The notes under the pieces: model-generated
What the model saw: the letters and a program-made list of their open reading frames with translations, nothing else
What the model was told of the DNA's origin: nothing
The model's database searches: none
Part shown: piece by piece, positions 19,201-31,200 of the stretch
Layout of the letters: each line of letters opens with the position of its first letter
Position numbering within the stretch: the stretch's first letter is position 1
Translations under genes and position numbers: made by a program
Source: Naegleria gruberi
Taxonomy: Eukaryota
Length of the DNA: 37,613 nucleotides
Strand: one strand, 5' to 3'
NCBI GenBank assembly: GCA_000004985.1
Contig: GG739158.1

Positions 19201-22200
19201 NNNNNNNNNNNNNNNNNNNNNNNNNNNNNNNNNNNNNNNNNNNNNNNNNNNNNNNNNNNNNNNNNNNNNNNNNNNNNNNNNNNNNNNNNNNNNNNNNNNN
19301 NNNNNNNNNNNNNNNNNNNNNNNNNNNNNNNNNNNNNNNNNNNNNNNNNNNNNNNNNNNNNNNNNNNNNNNNNNNNNNNNNNNNNNNNNNNNNNNNNNNN
19401 NNNNNNNNNNNNNNNNNNNNNNNNNNNNNNNNNNNNNNNNNNNNNNNNNNNNNNNNNNNNNNNNNNNNNNNNNNNNNNNNNNNNNNNNNNNNNNNNNNNN
19501 NNNNNNNNNNNNNNNNNNNNNNNNNNNNNNNNNNNNNNNNNNNNNNNNNNNNNNNNNNNNNNNNNNNNNNNNNNNNNNNNNNNNNNNNNNNNNNNNNNNN
19601 NNNNNNNNNNNNNNNNNNNNNNNNNNNNNNNNNNNNNNNNNNNNNNNNNNNNNNNNNNNNNNNNNNNNNNNNNNNNNNNNNNNNNNNNNNNNNNNNNNNN
19701 NNNNNNNNNNNNNNNNNNNNNNNNNNNNNNNNNNNNNNNNNNNNNNNNNNNNNNNNNNNNNNNNNNNNNNNNNNNNNNNNNNNNNNNNNNNNNNNNNNNN
19801 NNNNNNNNNNNNNNNNNNNNNNNNNNNNNNNNNNNNNNNNNNNNNNNNNNNNNNNNNNNNNNNNNNNNNNNNNNNNNNNNNNNNNNNNNNNNNNNNNNNN
19901 NNNNNNNNNNNNNNNNNNNNNNNNNNNNNNNNNNNNNNNNNNNNNNNNNNNNNNNNNNNNNNNNNNNNNNNNNNNNNNNNNNNNNNNNNNNNNNNNNNNN
20001 NNNNNNNNNNNNNNNNNNNNNNNNNNNNNNNNNNNNNNNNNNNNNNNNNNNNNNNNNNNNNNNNNNNNNNNNNNNNNNNNNNNNNNNNNNNNNNNNNNNN
20101 NNNNNNNNNNNNNNNNNNNNNNNNNNNNNNNNNNNNNNNNNNNNNNNNNNNNNNNNNNNNNNNNNNNNNNNNNNNNNNNNNNNNNNNNNNNNNNNNNNNN
20201 NNNNNNNNNNNNNNNNNNNNNNNNNNNNNNNNNNNNNNNNNNNNNNNNNNNNNNNNNNNNNNNNNNNNNNNNNNNNNNNNNNNNNNNNNNNNNNNNNNNN
20301 NNNNNNNNNNNNNNNNNNNNNNNNNNNNNNNNNNNNNNNNNNNNNNNNNNNNNNNNNNNNNNNNNNNNNNNNNNNNNNNNNNNNNNNNNNNNNNNNNNNN
20401 NNNNNNNNNNNNNNNNNNNNNNNNNNNNNNNNNNNNNNNNNNNNNNNNNNNNNNNNNNNNNNNNNNNNNNNNNNNNNNNNNNNNNNNNNNNNNNNNNNNN
20501 NNNNNNNNNNNNNNNNNNNNNNNNNNNNNNNNNNNNNNNNNNNNNNNNNNNNNNNNNNNNNNNNNNNNNNNNNNNNNNNNNNNNNNNNNNNNNNNNNNNN
20601 NNNNNNNNNNNNNNNNNNNNNNNNNNNNNNNNNNNNNNNNNNNNNNNNNNNNNNNNNNNNNNNNNNNNNNNNNNNNNNNNNNNNNNNNNNNNNNNNNNNN
20701 NNNNNNNNNNNNNNNNNNNNNNNNNNNNNNNNNNNNNNNNNNNNNNNNNNNNNNNNNNNNNNNNNNNNNNNNNNNNNNNNNNNNNNNNNNNNNNNNNNNN
20801 NNNNNNNNNNNNNNNNNNNNNNNNNNNNNNNNNNNNNNNNNNNNNNNNNNNNNNNNNNNNNNNNNNNNNNNNNNNNNNNNNNNNNNNNNNNNNNNNNNNN
20901 NNNNNNNNNNNNNNNNNNNNNNNNNNNNNNNNNNNNNNNNNNNNNNNNNNNNNNNNNNNNNNNNNNNNNNNNNNNNNNNNNNNNNNNNNNNNNNNNNNNN
21001 NNNNNNNNNNNNNNNNNNNNNNNNNNNNNNNNNNNNNNNNNNNNNNNNNNNNNNNNNNNNNNNNNNNNNNNNNNNNNNNNNNNNNNNNNNNNNNNNNNNN
21101 NNNNNNNNNNNNNNNNNNNNNNNNNNNNNNNNNNNNNNNNNNNNNNNNNNNNNNNNNNNNNNNNNNNNNNNNNNNNNNNNNNNNNNNNNNNNNNNNNNNN
21201 NNNNNNNNNNNNNNNNNNNNNNNNNNNNNNNNNNNNNNNNNNNNNNNNNNNNNNNNNNNNNNNNNNNNNNNNNNNNNNNNNNNNNNNNNNNNNNNNNNNN
21301 NNNNNNNNNNNNNNNNNNNNNNNNNNNNNNNNNNNNNNNNNNNNNNNNNNNNNNNNNNNNNNNNNNNNNNNNNNNNNNNNNNNNNNNNNNNNNNNNNNNN
21401 NNNNNNNNNNNNNNNNNNNNNNNNNNNNNNNNNNNNNNNNNNNNNNNNNNNNNNNNNNNNNNNNNNNNNNNNNNNNNNNNNNNNNNNNNNNNNNNNNNNN
21501 NNNNNNNNNNNNNNNNNNNNNNNNNNNNNNNNNNNNNNNNNNNNNNNNNNNNNNNNNNNNNNNNNNNNNNNNNNNNNNNNNNNNNNNNNNNNNNNNNNNN
21601 NNNNNNNNNNNNNNNNNNNNNNNNNNNNNNNNNNNNNNNNNNNNNNNNNNNNNNNNNNNNNNNNNNNNNNNNNNNNNNNNNNNNNNNNNNNNNNNNNNNN
21701 NNNNNNNNNNNNNNNNNNNNNNNNNNNNNNNNNNNNNNNNNNNNNNNNNNNNNNNNNNNNNNNNNNNNNNNNNNNNNNNNNNNNNNNNNNNNNNNNNNNN
21801 NNNNNNNNNNNNNNNNNNNNNNNNNNNNNNNNNNNNNNNNNNNNNNNNNNNNNNNNNNNNNNNNNNNNNNNNNNNNNNNNNNNNNNNNNNNNNNNNNNNN
21901 NNNNNNNNNNNNNNNNNNNNNNNNNNNNNNNNNNNNNNNNNNNNNNNNNNNNNNNNNNNNNNNNNNNNNNNNNNNNNNNNNNNNNNNNNNNNNNNNNNNN
22001 NNNNNNNNNNNNNNNNNNNNNNNNNNNNNNNNNNNNNNNNNNNNNNNNNNNNNNNNNNNNNNNNNNNNNNNNNNNNNNNNNNNNNNNNNNNNNNNNNNNN
22101 NNNNNNNNNNNNNNNNNNNNNNNNNNNNNNNNNNNNNNNNNNNNNNNNNNNNNNNNNNNNNNNNNNNNNNNNNNNNNNNNNNNNNNNNNNNNNNNNNNNN

Positions 22201-25200
22201 NNNNNNNNNNNNNNNNNNNNNNNNNNNNNNNNNNNNNNNNNNNNNNNNNNNNNNNNNNNNNNNNNNNNNNNNNNNNNNNNNNNNNNNNNNNNNNNNNNNN
22301 NNNNNNNNNNNNNNNNNNNNNNNNNNNNNNNNNNNNNNNNNNNNNNNNNNNNNNNNNNNNNNNNNNNNNNNNNNNNNNNNNNNNNNNNNNNNNNNNNNNN
22401 NNNNNNNNNNNNNNNNNNNNNNNNNNNNNNNNNNNNNNNNNNNNNNNNNNNNNNNNNNNNNNNNNNNNNNNNNNNNNNNNNNNNNNNNNNNNNNNNNNNN
22501 NNNNNNNNNNNNNNNNNNNNNNNNNNNNNNNNNNNNNNNNNNNNNNNNNNNNNNNNNNNNNNNNNNNNNNNNNNNNNNNNNNNNNNNNNNNNNNNNNNNN
22601 NNNNNNNNNNNNNNNNNNNNNNNNNNNNNNNNNNNNNNNNNNNNNNNNNNNNNNNNNNNNNNNNNNNNNNNNNNNNNNNNNNNNNNNNNNNNNNNNNNNN
22701 NNNNNNNNNNNNNNNNNNNNNNNNNNNNNNNNNNNNNNNNNNNNNNNNNNNNNNNNNNNNNNNNNNNNNNNNNNNNNNNNNNNNNNNNNNNNNNNNNNNN
22801 NNNNNNNNNNNNNNNNNNNNNNNNNNNNNNNNNNNNNNNNNNNNNNNNNNNNNNNNNNNNNNNNNNNNNNNNNNNNNNNNNNNNNNNNNNNNNNNNNNNN
22901 NNNNNNNNNNNNNNNNNNNNNNNNNNNNNNNNNNNNNNNNNNNNNNNNNNNNNNNNNNNNNNNNNNNNNNNNNNNNNNNNNNNNNNNNNNNNNNNNNNNN
23001 NNNNNNNNNNNNNNNNNNNNNNNNNNNNNNNNNNNNNNNNNNNNNNNNNNNNNNNNNNNNNNNNNNNNNNNNNNNNNNNNNNNNNNNNNNNNNNNNNNNN
23101 NNNNNNNNNNNNNNNNNNNNNNNNNNNNNNNNNNNNNNNNNNNNNNNNNNNNNNNNNNNNNNNNNNNNNNNNNNNNNNNNNNNNNNNNNNNNNNNNNNNN
23201 NNNNNNNNNNNNNNNNNNNNNNNNNNNNNNNNNNNNNNNNNNNNNNNNNNNNNNNNNNNNNNNNNNNNNNNNNNNNNNNNNNNNNNNNNNNNNNNNNNNN
23301 NNNNNNNNNNNNNNNNNNNNNNNNNNNNNNNNNNNNNNNNNNNNNNNNNNNNNNNNNNNNNNNNNNNNNNNNNNNNNNNNNNNNNNNNNNNNNNNNNNNN
23401 NNNNNNNNNNNNNNNNNNNNNNNNNNNNNNNNNNNNNNNNNNNNNNNNNNNNNNNNNNNNNNNNNNNNNNNNNNNNNNNNNNNNNNNNNNNNNNNNNNNN
23501 NNNNNNNNNNNNNNNNNNNNNNNNNNNNNNNNNNNNNNNNNNNNNNNNNNNNNNNNNNNNNNNNNNNNNNNNNNNNNNNNNNNNNNNNNNNNNNNNNNNN
23601 NNNNNNNNNNNNNNNNNNNNNNNNNNNNNNNNNNNNNNNNNNNNNNNNNNNNNNNNNNNNNNNNNNNNNNNNNNNNNNNNNNNNNNNNNNNNNNNNNNNN
23701 NNNNNNNNNNNNNNNNNNNNNNNNNNNNNNNNNNNNNNNNNNNNNNNNNNNNNNNNNNNNNNNNNNNNNNNNNNNNNNNNNNNNNNNNNNNNNNNNNNNN
23801 NNNNNNNNNNNNNNNNNNNNNNNNNNNNNNNNNNNNNNNNNNNNNNNNNNNNNNNNNNNNNNNNNNNNNNNNNNNNNNNNNNNNNNNNNNNNNNNNNNNN
23901 NNNNNNNNNNNNNNNNNNNNNNNNNNNNNNNNNNNNNNNNNNNNNNNNNNNNNNNNNNNNNNNNNNNNNNNNNNNNNNNNNNNNNNNNNNNNNNNNNNNN
24001 NNNNNNNNNNNNNNNNNNNNNNNNNNNNNNNNNNNNNNNNNNNNNNNNNNNNNNNNNNNNNNNNNNNNNNNNNNNNNNNNNNNNNNNNNNNNNNNNNNNN
24101 NNNNNNNNNNNNNNNNNNNNNNNNNNNNNNNNNNNNNNNNNNNNNNNNNNNNNNNNNNNNNNNNNNNNNNNNNNNNNNNNNNNNNNNNNNNNNNNNNNNN
24201 NNNNNNNNNNNNNNNNNNNNNNNNNNNNNNNNNNNNNNNNNNNNNNNNNNNNNNNNNNNNNNNNNNNNNNNNNNNNNNNNNNNNNNNNNNNNNNNNNNNN
24301 NNNNNNNNNNNNNNNNNNNNNNNNNNNNNNNNNNNNNNNNNNNNNNNNNNNNNNNNNNNNNNNNNNNNNNNNNNNNNNNNNNNNNNNNNNNNNNNNNNNN
24401 NNNNNNNNNNNNNNNNNNNNNNNNNNNNNNNNNNNNNNNNNNNNNNNNNNNNNNNNNNNNNNNNNNNNNNNNNNNNNNNNNNNNNNNNNNNNNNNNNNNN
24501 NNNNNNNNNNNNNNNNNNNNNNNNNNNNNNNNNNNNNNNNNNNNNNNNNNNNNNNNNNNNNNNNNNNNNNNNNNNNNNNNNNNNNNNNNNNNNNNNNNNN
24601 NNNNNNNNNNNNNNNNNNNNNNNNNNNNNNNNNNNNNNNNNNNNNNNNNNNNNNNNNNNNNNNNNNNNNNNNNNNNNNNNNNNNNNNNNNNNNNNNNNNN
24701 NNNNNNNNNNNNNNNNNNNNNNNNNNNNNNNNNNNNNNNNNNNNNNNNNNNNNNNNNNNNNNNNNNNNNNNNNNNNNNNNNNNNNNNNNNNNNNNNNNNN
24801 NNNNNNNNNNNNNNNNNNNNNNNNNNNNNNNNNNNNNNNNNNNNNNNNNNNNNNNNNNNNNNNNNNNNNNNNNNNNNNNNNNNNNNNNNNNNNNNNNNNN
24901 NNNNNNNNNNNNNNNNNNNNNNNNNNNNNNNNNNNNNNNNNNNNNNNNNNNNNNNNNNNNNNNNNNNNNNNNNNNNNNNNNNNNNNNNNNNNNNNNNNNN
25001 NNNNNNNNNNNNNNNNNNNNNNNNNNNNNNNNNNNNNNNNNNNNNNNNNNNNNNNNNNNNNNNNNNNNNNNNNNNNNNNNNNNNNNNNNNNNNNNNNNNN
25101 NNNNNNNNNNNNNNNNNNNNNNNNNNNNNNNNNNNNNNNNNNNNNNNNNNNNNNNNNNNNNNNNNNNNNNNNNNNNNNNNNNNNNNNNNNNNNNNNNNNN

Positions 25201-28200
25201 NNNNNNNNNNNNNNNNNNNNNNNNNNNNNNNNNNNNNNNNNNNNNNNNNNNNNNNNNNNNNNNNNNNNNNNNNNNNNNNNNNNNNNNNNNNNNNNNNNNN
25301 NNNNNNNNNNNNNNNNNNNNNNNNNNNNNNNNNNNNNNNNNNNNNNNNNNNNNNNNNNNNNNNNNNNNNNNNNNNNNNNNNNNNNNNNNNNNNNNNNNNN
25401 NNNNNNNNNNNNNNNNNNNNNNNNNNNNNNNNNNNNNNNNNNNNNNNNNNNNNNNNNNNNNNNNNNNNNNNNNNNNNNNNNNNNNNNNNNNNNNNNNNNN
25501 NNNNNNNNNNNNNNNNNNNNNNNNNNNNNNNNNNNNNNNNNNNNNNNNNNNNNNNNNNNNNNNNNNNNNNNNNNNNNNNNNNNNNNNNNNNNNNNNNNNN
25601 NNNNNNNNNNNNNNNNNNNNNNNNNNNNNNNNNNNNNNNNNNNNNNNNNNNNNNNNNNNNNNNNNNNNNNNNNNNNNNNNNNNNNNNNNNNNNNNNNNNN
25701 NNNNNNNNNNNNNNNNNNNNNNNNNNNNNNNNNNNNNNNNNNNNNNNNNNNNNNNNNNNNNNNNNNNNNNNNNNNNNNNNNNNNNNNNNNNNNNNNNNNN
25801 NNNNNNNNNNNNNNNNNNNNNNNNNNNNNNNNNNNNNNNNNNNNNNNNNNNNNNNNNNNNNNNNNNNNNNNNNNNNNNNNNNNNNNNNNNNNNNNNNNNN
25901 NNNNNNNNNNNNNNNNNNNNNNNNNNNNNNNNNNNNNNNNNNNNNNNNNNNNNNNNNNNNNNNNNNNNNNNNNNNNNNNNNNNNNNNNNNNNNNNNNNNN
26001 NNNNNNNNNNNNNNNNNNNNNNNNNNNNNNNNNNNNNNNNNNNNNNNNNNNNNNNNNNNNNNNNNNNNNNNNNNNNNNNNNNNNNNNNNNNNNNNNNNNN
26101 NNNNNNNNNNNNNNNNNNNNNNNNNNNNNNNNNNNNNNNNNNNNNNNNNNNNNNNNNNNNNNNNNNNNNNNNNNNNNNNNNNNNNNNNNNNNNNNNNNNN
26201 NNNNNNNNNNNNNNNNNNNNNNNNNNNNNNNNNNNNNNNNNNNNNNNNNNNNNNNNNNNNNNNNNNNNNNNNNNNNNNNNNNNNNNNNNNNNNNNNNNNN
26301 NNNNNNNNNNNNNNNNNNNNNNNNNNNNNNNNNNNNNNNNNNNNNNNNNNNNNNNNNNNNNNNNNNNNNNNNNNNNNNNNNNNNNNNNNNNNNNNNNNNN
26401 NNNNNNNNNNNNNNNNNNNNNNNNNNNNNNNNNNNNNNNNNNNNNNNNNNNNNNNNNNNNNNNNNNNNNNNNNNNNNNNNNNNNNNNNNNNNNNNNNNNN
26501 NNNNNNNNNNNNNNNNNNNNNNNNNNNNNNNNNNNNNNNNNNNNNNNNNNNNNNNNNNNNNNNNNNNNNNNNNNNNNNNNNNNNNNNNNNNNNNNNNNNN
26601 NNNNNNNNNNNNNNNNNNNNNNNNNNNNNNNNNNNNNNNNNNNNNNNNNNNNNNNNNNNNNNNNNNNNNNNNNNNNNNNNNNNNNNNNNNNNNNNNNNNN
26701 NNNNNNNNNNNNNNNNNNNNNNNNNNNNNNNNNNNNNNNNNNNNNNNNNNNNNNNNNNNNNNNNNNNNNNNNNNNNNNNNNNNNNNNNNNNNNNNNNNNN
26801 NNNNNNNNNNNNNNNNNNNNNNNNNNNNNNNNNNNNNNNNNNNNNNNNNNNNNNNNNNNNNNNNNNNNNNNNNNNNNNNNNNNNNNNNNNNNNNNNNNNN
26901 NNNNNNNNNNNNNNNNNNNNNNNNNNNNNNNNNNNNNNNNNNNNNNNNNNNNNNNNNNNNNNNNNNNNNNNNNNNNNNNNNNNNNNNNNNNNNNNNNNNN
27001 NNNNNNNNNNNNNNNNNNNNNNNNNNNNNNNNNNNNNNNNNNNNNNNNNNNNNNNNNNNNNNNNNNNNNNNNNNNNNNNNNNNNNNNNNNNNNNNNNNNN
27101 NNNNNNNNNNNNNNNNNNNNNNNNNNNNNNNNNNNNNNNNNNNNNNNNNNNNNNNNNNNNNNNNNNNNNNNNNNNNNNNNNNNNNNNNNNNNNNNNNNNN
27201 NNNNNNNNNNNNNNNNNNNNNNNNNNNNNNNNNNNNNNNNNNNNNNNNNNNNNNNNNNNNNNNNNNNNNNNNNNNNNNNNNNNNNNNNNNNNNNNNNNNN
27301 NNNNNNNNNNNNNNNNNNNNNNNNNNNNNNNNNNNNNNNNNNNNNNNNNNNNNNNNNNNNNNNNNNNNNNNNNNNNNNNNNNNNNNNNNNNNNNNNNNNN
27401 NNNNNNNNNNNNNNNNNNNNNNNNNNNNNNNNNNNNNNNNNNNNNNNNNNNNNNNNNNNNNNNNNNNNNNNNNNNNNNNNNNNNNNNNNNNNNNNNNNNN
27501 NNNNNNNNNNNNNNNNNNNNNNNNNNNNNNNNNNNNNNNNNNNNNNNNNNNNNNNNNNNNNNNNNNNNNNNNNNNNNNNNNNNNNNNNNNNNNNNNNNNN
27601 NNNNNNNNNNNNNNNNNNNNNNNNNNNNNNNNNNNNNNNNNNNNNNNNNNNNNNNNNNNNNNNNNNNNNNNNNNNNNNNNNNNNNNNNNNNNNNNNNNNN
27701 NNNNNNNNNNNNNNNNNNNNNNNNNNNNNNNNNNNNNNNNNNNNNNNNNNNNNNNNNNNNNNNNNNNNNNNNNNNNNNNNNNNNNNNNNNNNNNNNNNNN
27801 NNNNNNNNNNNNNNNNNNNNNNNNNNNNNNNNNNNNNNNNNNNNNNNNNNNNNNNNNNNNNNNNNNNNNNNNNNNNNNNNNNNNNNNNNNNNNNNNNNNN
27901 NNNNNNNNNNNNNNNNNNNNNNNNNNNNNNNNNNNNNNNNNNNNNNNNNNNNNNNNNNNNNNNNNNNNNNNNNNNNNNNNNNNNNNNNNNNNNNNNNNNN
28001 NNNNNNNNNNNNNNNNNNNNNNNNNNNNNNNNNNNNNNNNNNNNNNNNNNNNNNNNNNNNNNNNNNNNNNNNNNNNNNNNNNNNNNNNNNNNNNNNNNNN
28101 NNNNNNNNNNNNNNNNNNNNNNNNNNNNNNNNNNNNNNNNNNNNNNNNNNNNNNNNNNNNNNNNNNNNNNNNNNNNNNNNNNNNNNNNNNNNNNNNNNNN

Positions 28201-31200
28201 NNNNNNNNNNNNNNNNNNNNNNNNNNNNNNNNNNNNNNNNNNNNNNNNNNNNNNNNNNNNNNNNNNNNNNNNNNNNNNNNNNNNNNNNNNNNNNNNNNNN
28301 NNNNNNNNNNNNNNNNNNNNNNNNNNNNNNNNNNNNNNNNNNNNNNNNNNNNNNNNNNNNNNNNNNNNNNNNNNNNNNNNNNNNNNNNNNNNNNNNNNNN
28401 NNNNNNNNNNNNNNNNNNNNNNNNNNNNNNNNNNNNNNNNNNNNNNNNNNNNNNNNNNNNNNNNNNNNNNNNNNNNNNNNNNNNNNNNNNNNNNNNNNNN
28501 NNNNNNNNNNNNNNNNNNNNNNNNNNNNNNNNNNNNNNNNNNNNNNNNNNNNNNNNNNNNNNNNNNNNNNNNNNNNNNNNNNNNNNNNNNNNNNNNNNNN
28601 NNNNNNNNNNNNNNNNNNNNNNNNNNNNNNNNNNNNNNNNNNNNNNNNNNNNNNNNNNNNNNNNNNNNNNNNNNNNNNNNNNNNNNNNNNNNNNNNNNNN
28701 NNNNNNNNNNNNNNNNNNNNNNNNNNNNNNNNNNNNNNNNNNNNNNNNNNNNNNNNNNNNNNNNNNNNNNNNNNNNNNNNNNNNNNNNNNNNNNNNNNNN
28801 NNNNNNNNNNNNNNNNNNNNNNNNNNNNNNNNNNNNNNNNNNNNNNNNNNNNNNNNNNNNNNNNNNNNNNNNNNNNNNNNNNNNNNNNNNNNNNNNNNNN
28901 NNNNNNNNNNNNNNNNNNNNNNNNNNNNNNNNNNNNNNNNNNNNNNNNNNNNNNNNNNNNNNNNNNNNNNNNNNNNNNNNNNNNNNNNNNNNNNNNNNNN
29001 NNNNNNNNNNNNNNNNNNNNNNNNNNNNNNNNNNNNNNNNNNNNNNNNNNNNNNNNNNNNNNNNNNNNNNNNNNNNNNNNNNNNNNNNNNNNNNNNNNNN
29101 NNNNNNNNNNNNNNNNNNNNNNNNNNNNNNNNNNNNNNNNNNNNNNNNNNNNNNNNNNNNNNNNNNNNNNNNNNNNNNNNNNNNNNNNNNNNNNNNNNNN
29201 NNNNNNNNNNNNNNNNNNNNNNNNNNNNNNNNNNNNNNNNNNNNNNNNNNNNNNNNNNNNNNNNNNNNNNNNNNNNNNNNNNNNNNNNNNNNNNNNNNNN
29301 NNNNNNNNNNNNNNNNNNNNNNNNNNNNNNNNNNNNNNNNNNNNNNNNNNNNNNNNNNNNNNNNNNNNNNNNNNNNNNNNNNNNNNNNNNNNNNNNNNNN
29401 NNNNNNNNNNNNNNNNNNNNNNNNNNNNNNNNNNNNNNNNNNNNNNNNNNNNNNNNNNNNNNNNNNNNNNNNNNNNNNNNNNNNNNNNNNNNNNNNNNNN
29501 NNNNNNNNNNNNNNNNNNNNNNNNNNNNNNNNNNNNNNNNNNNNNNNNNNNNNNNNNNNNNNNNNNNNNNNNNNNNNNNNNNNNNNNNNNNNNNNNNNNN
29601 NNNNNNNNNNNNNNNNNNNNNNNNNNNNNNNNNNNNNNNNNNNNNNNNNNNNNNNNNNNNNNNNNNNNNNNNNNNNNNNNNNNNNNNNNNNNNNNNNNNN
29701 NNNNNNNNNNNNNNNNNNNNNNNNNNNNNNNNNNNNNNNNNNNNNNNNNNNNNNNNNNNNNNNNNNNNNNNNNNNNNNNNNNNNNNNNNNNNNNNNNNNN
29801 NNNNNNNNNNNNNNNNNNNNNNNNNNNNNNNNNNNNNNNNNNNNNNNNNNNNNNNNNNNNNNNNNNNNNNNNNNNNNNNNNNNNNNNNNNNNNNNNNNNN
29901 NNNNNNNNNNNNNNNNNNNNNNNNNNNNNNNNNNNNNNNNNNNNNNNNNNNNNNNNNNNNNNNNNNNNNNNNNNNNNNNNNNNNNNNNNNNNNNNNNNNN
30001 NNNNNNNNNNNNNNNNNNNNNNNNNNNNNNNNNNNNNNNNNNNNNNNNNNNNNNNNNNNNNNNNNNNNNNNNNNNNNNNNNNNNNNNNNNNNNNNNNNNN
30101 NNNNNNNNNNNNNNNNNNNNNNNNNNNNNNNNNNNNNNNNNNNNNNNNNNNNNNNNNNNNNNNNNNNNNNNNNNNNNNNNNNNNNNNNNNNNNNNNNNNN
30201 NNNNNNNNNNNNNNNNNNNNNNNNNNNNNNNNNNNNNNNNNNNNNNNNNNNNNNNNNNNNNNNNNNNNNNNNNNNNNNNNNNNNNNNNNNNNNNNNNNNN
30301 NNNNNNNNNNNNNNNNNNNNNNNNNNNNNNNNNNNNNNNNNNNNNNNNNNNNNNNNNNNNNNNNNNNNNNNNNNNNNNNNNNNNNNNNNNNNNNNNNNNN
30401 NNNNNNNNNNNNNNNNNNNNNNNNNNNNNNNNNNNNNNNNNNNNNNNNNNNNNNNNNNNNNNNNNNNNNNNNNNNNNNNNNNNNNNNNNNNNNNNNNNNN
30501 NNNNNNNNNNNNNNNNNNNNNNNNNNNNNNNNNNNNNNNNNNNNNNNNNNNNNNNNNNNNNNNNNNNNNNNNNNNNNNNNNNNNNNNNNNNNNNNNNNNN
30601 NNNNNNNNNNNNNNNNNNNNNNNNNNNNNNNNNNNNNNNNNNNNNNNNNNNNNNNNNNNNNNNNNNNNNNNNNNNNNNNNNNNNNNNNNNNNNNNNNNNN
30701 NNNNNNNNNNNNNNNNNNNNNNNNNNNNNNNNNNNNNNNNNNNNNNNNNNNNNNNNNNNNNNNNNNNNNNNNNNNNNNNNNNNNNNNNNNNNNNNNNNNN
30801 NNNNNNNNNNNNNNNNNNNNNNNNNNNNNNNNNNNNNNNNNNNNNNNNNNNNNNNNNNNNNNNNNNNNNNNNNNNNNNNNNNNNNNNNNNNNNNNNNNNN
30901 NNNNNNNNNNNNNNNNNNNNNNNNNNNNNNNNNNNNNNNNNNNNNNNNNNNNNNNNNNNNNNNNNNNNNNNNNNNNNNNNNNNNNNNNNNNNNNNNNNNN
31001 NNNNNNNNNNNNNNNNNNNNNNNNNNNNNNNNNNNNNNNNNNNNNNNNNNNNNNNNNNNNNNNNNNNNNNNNNNNNNNNNNNNNNNNNNNNNNNNNNNNN
31101 NNNNNNNNNNNNNNNNNNNNNNNNNNNNNNNNNNNNNNNNNNNNNNNNNNNNNNNNNNNNNNNNNNNNNNNNNNNNNNNNNNNNNNNNNNNNNNNNNNNN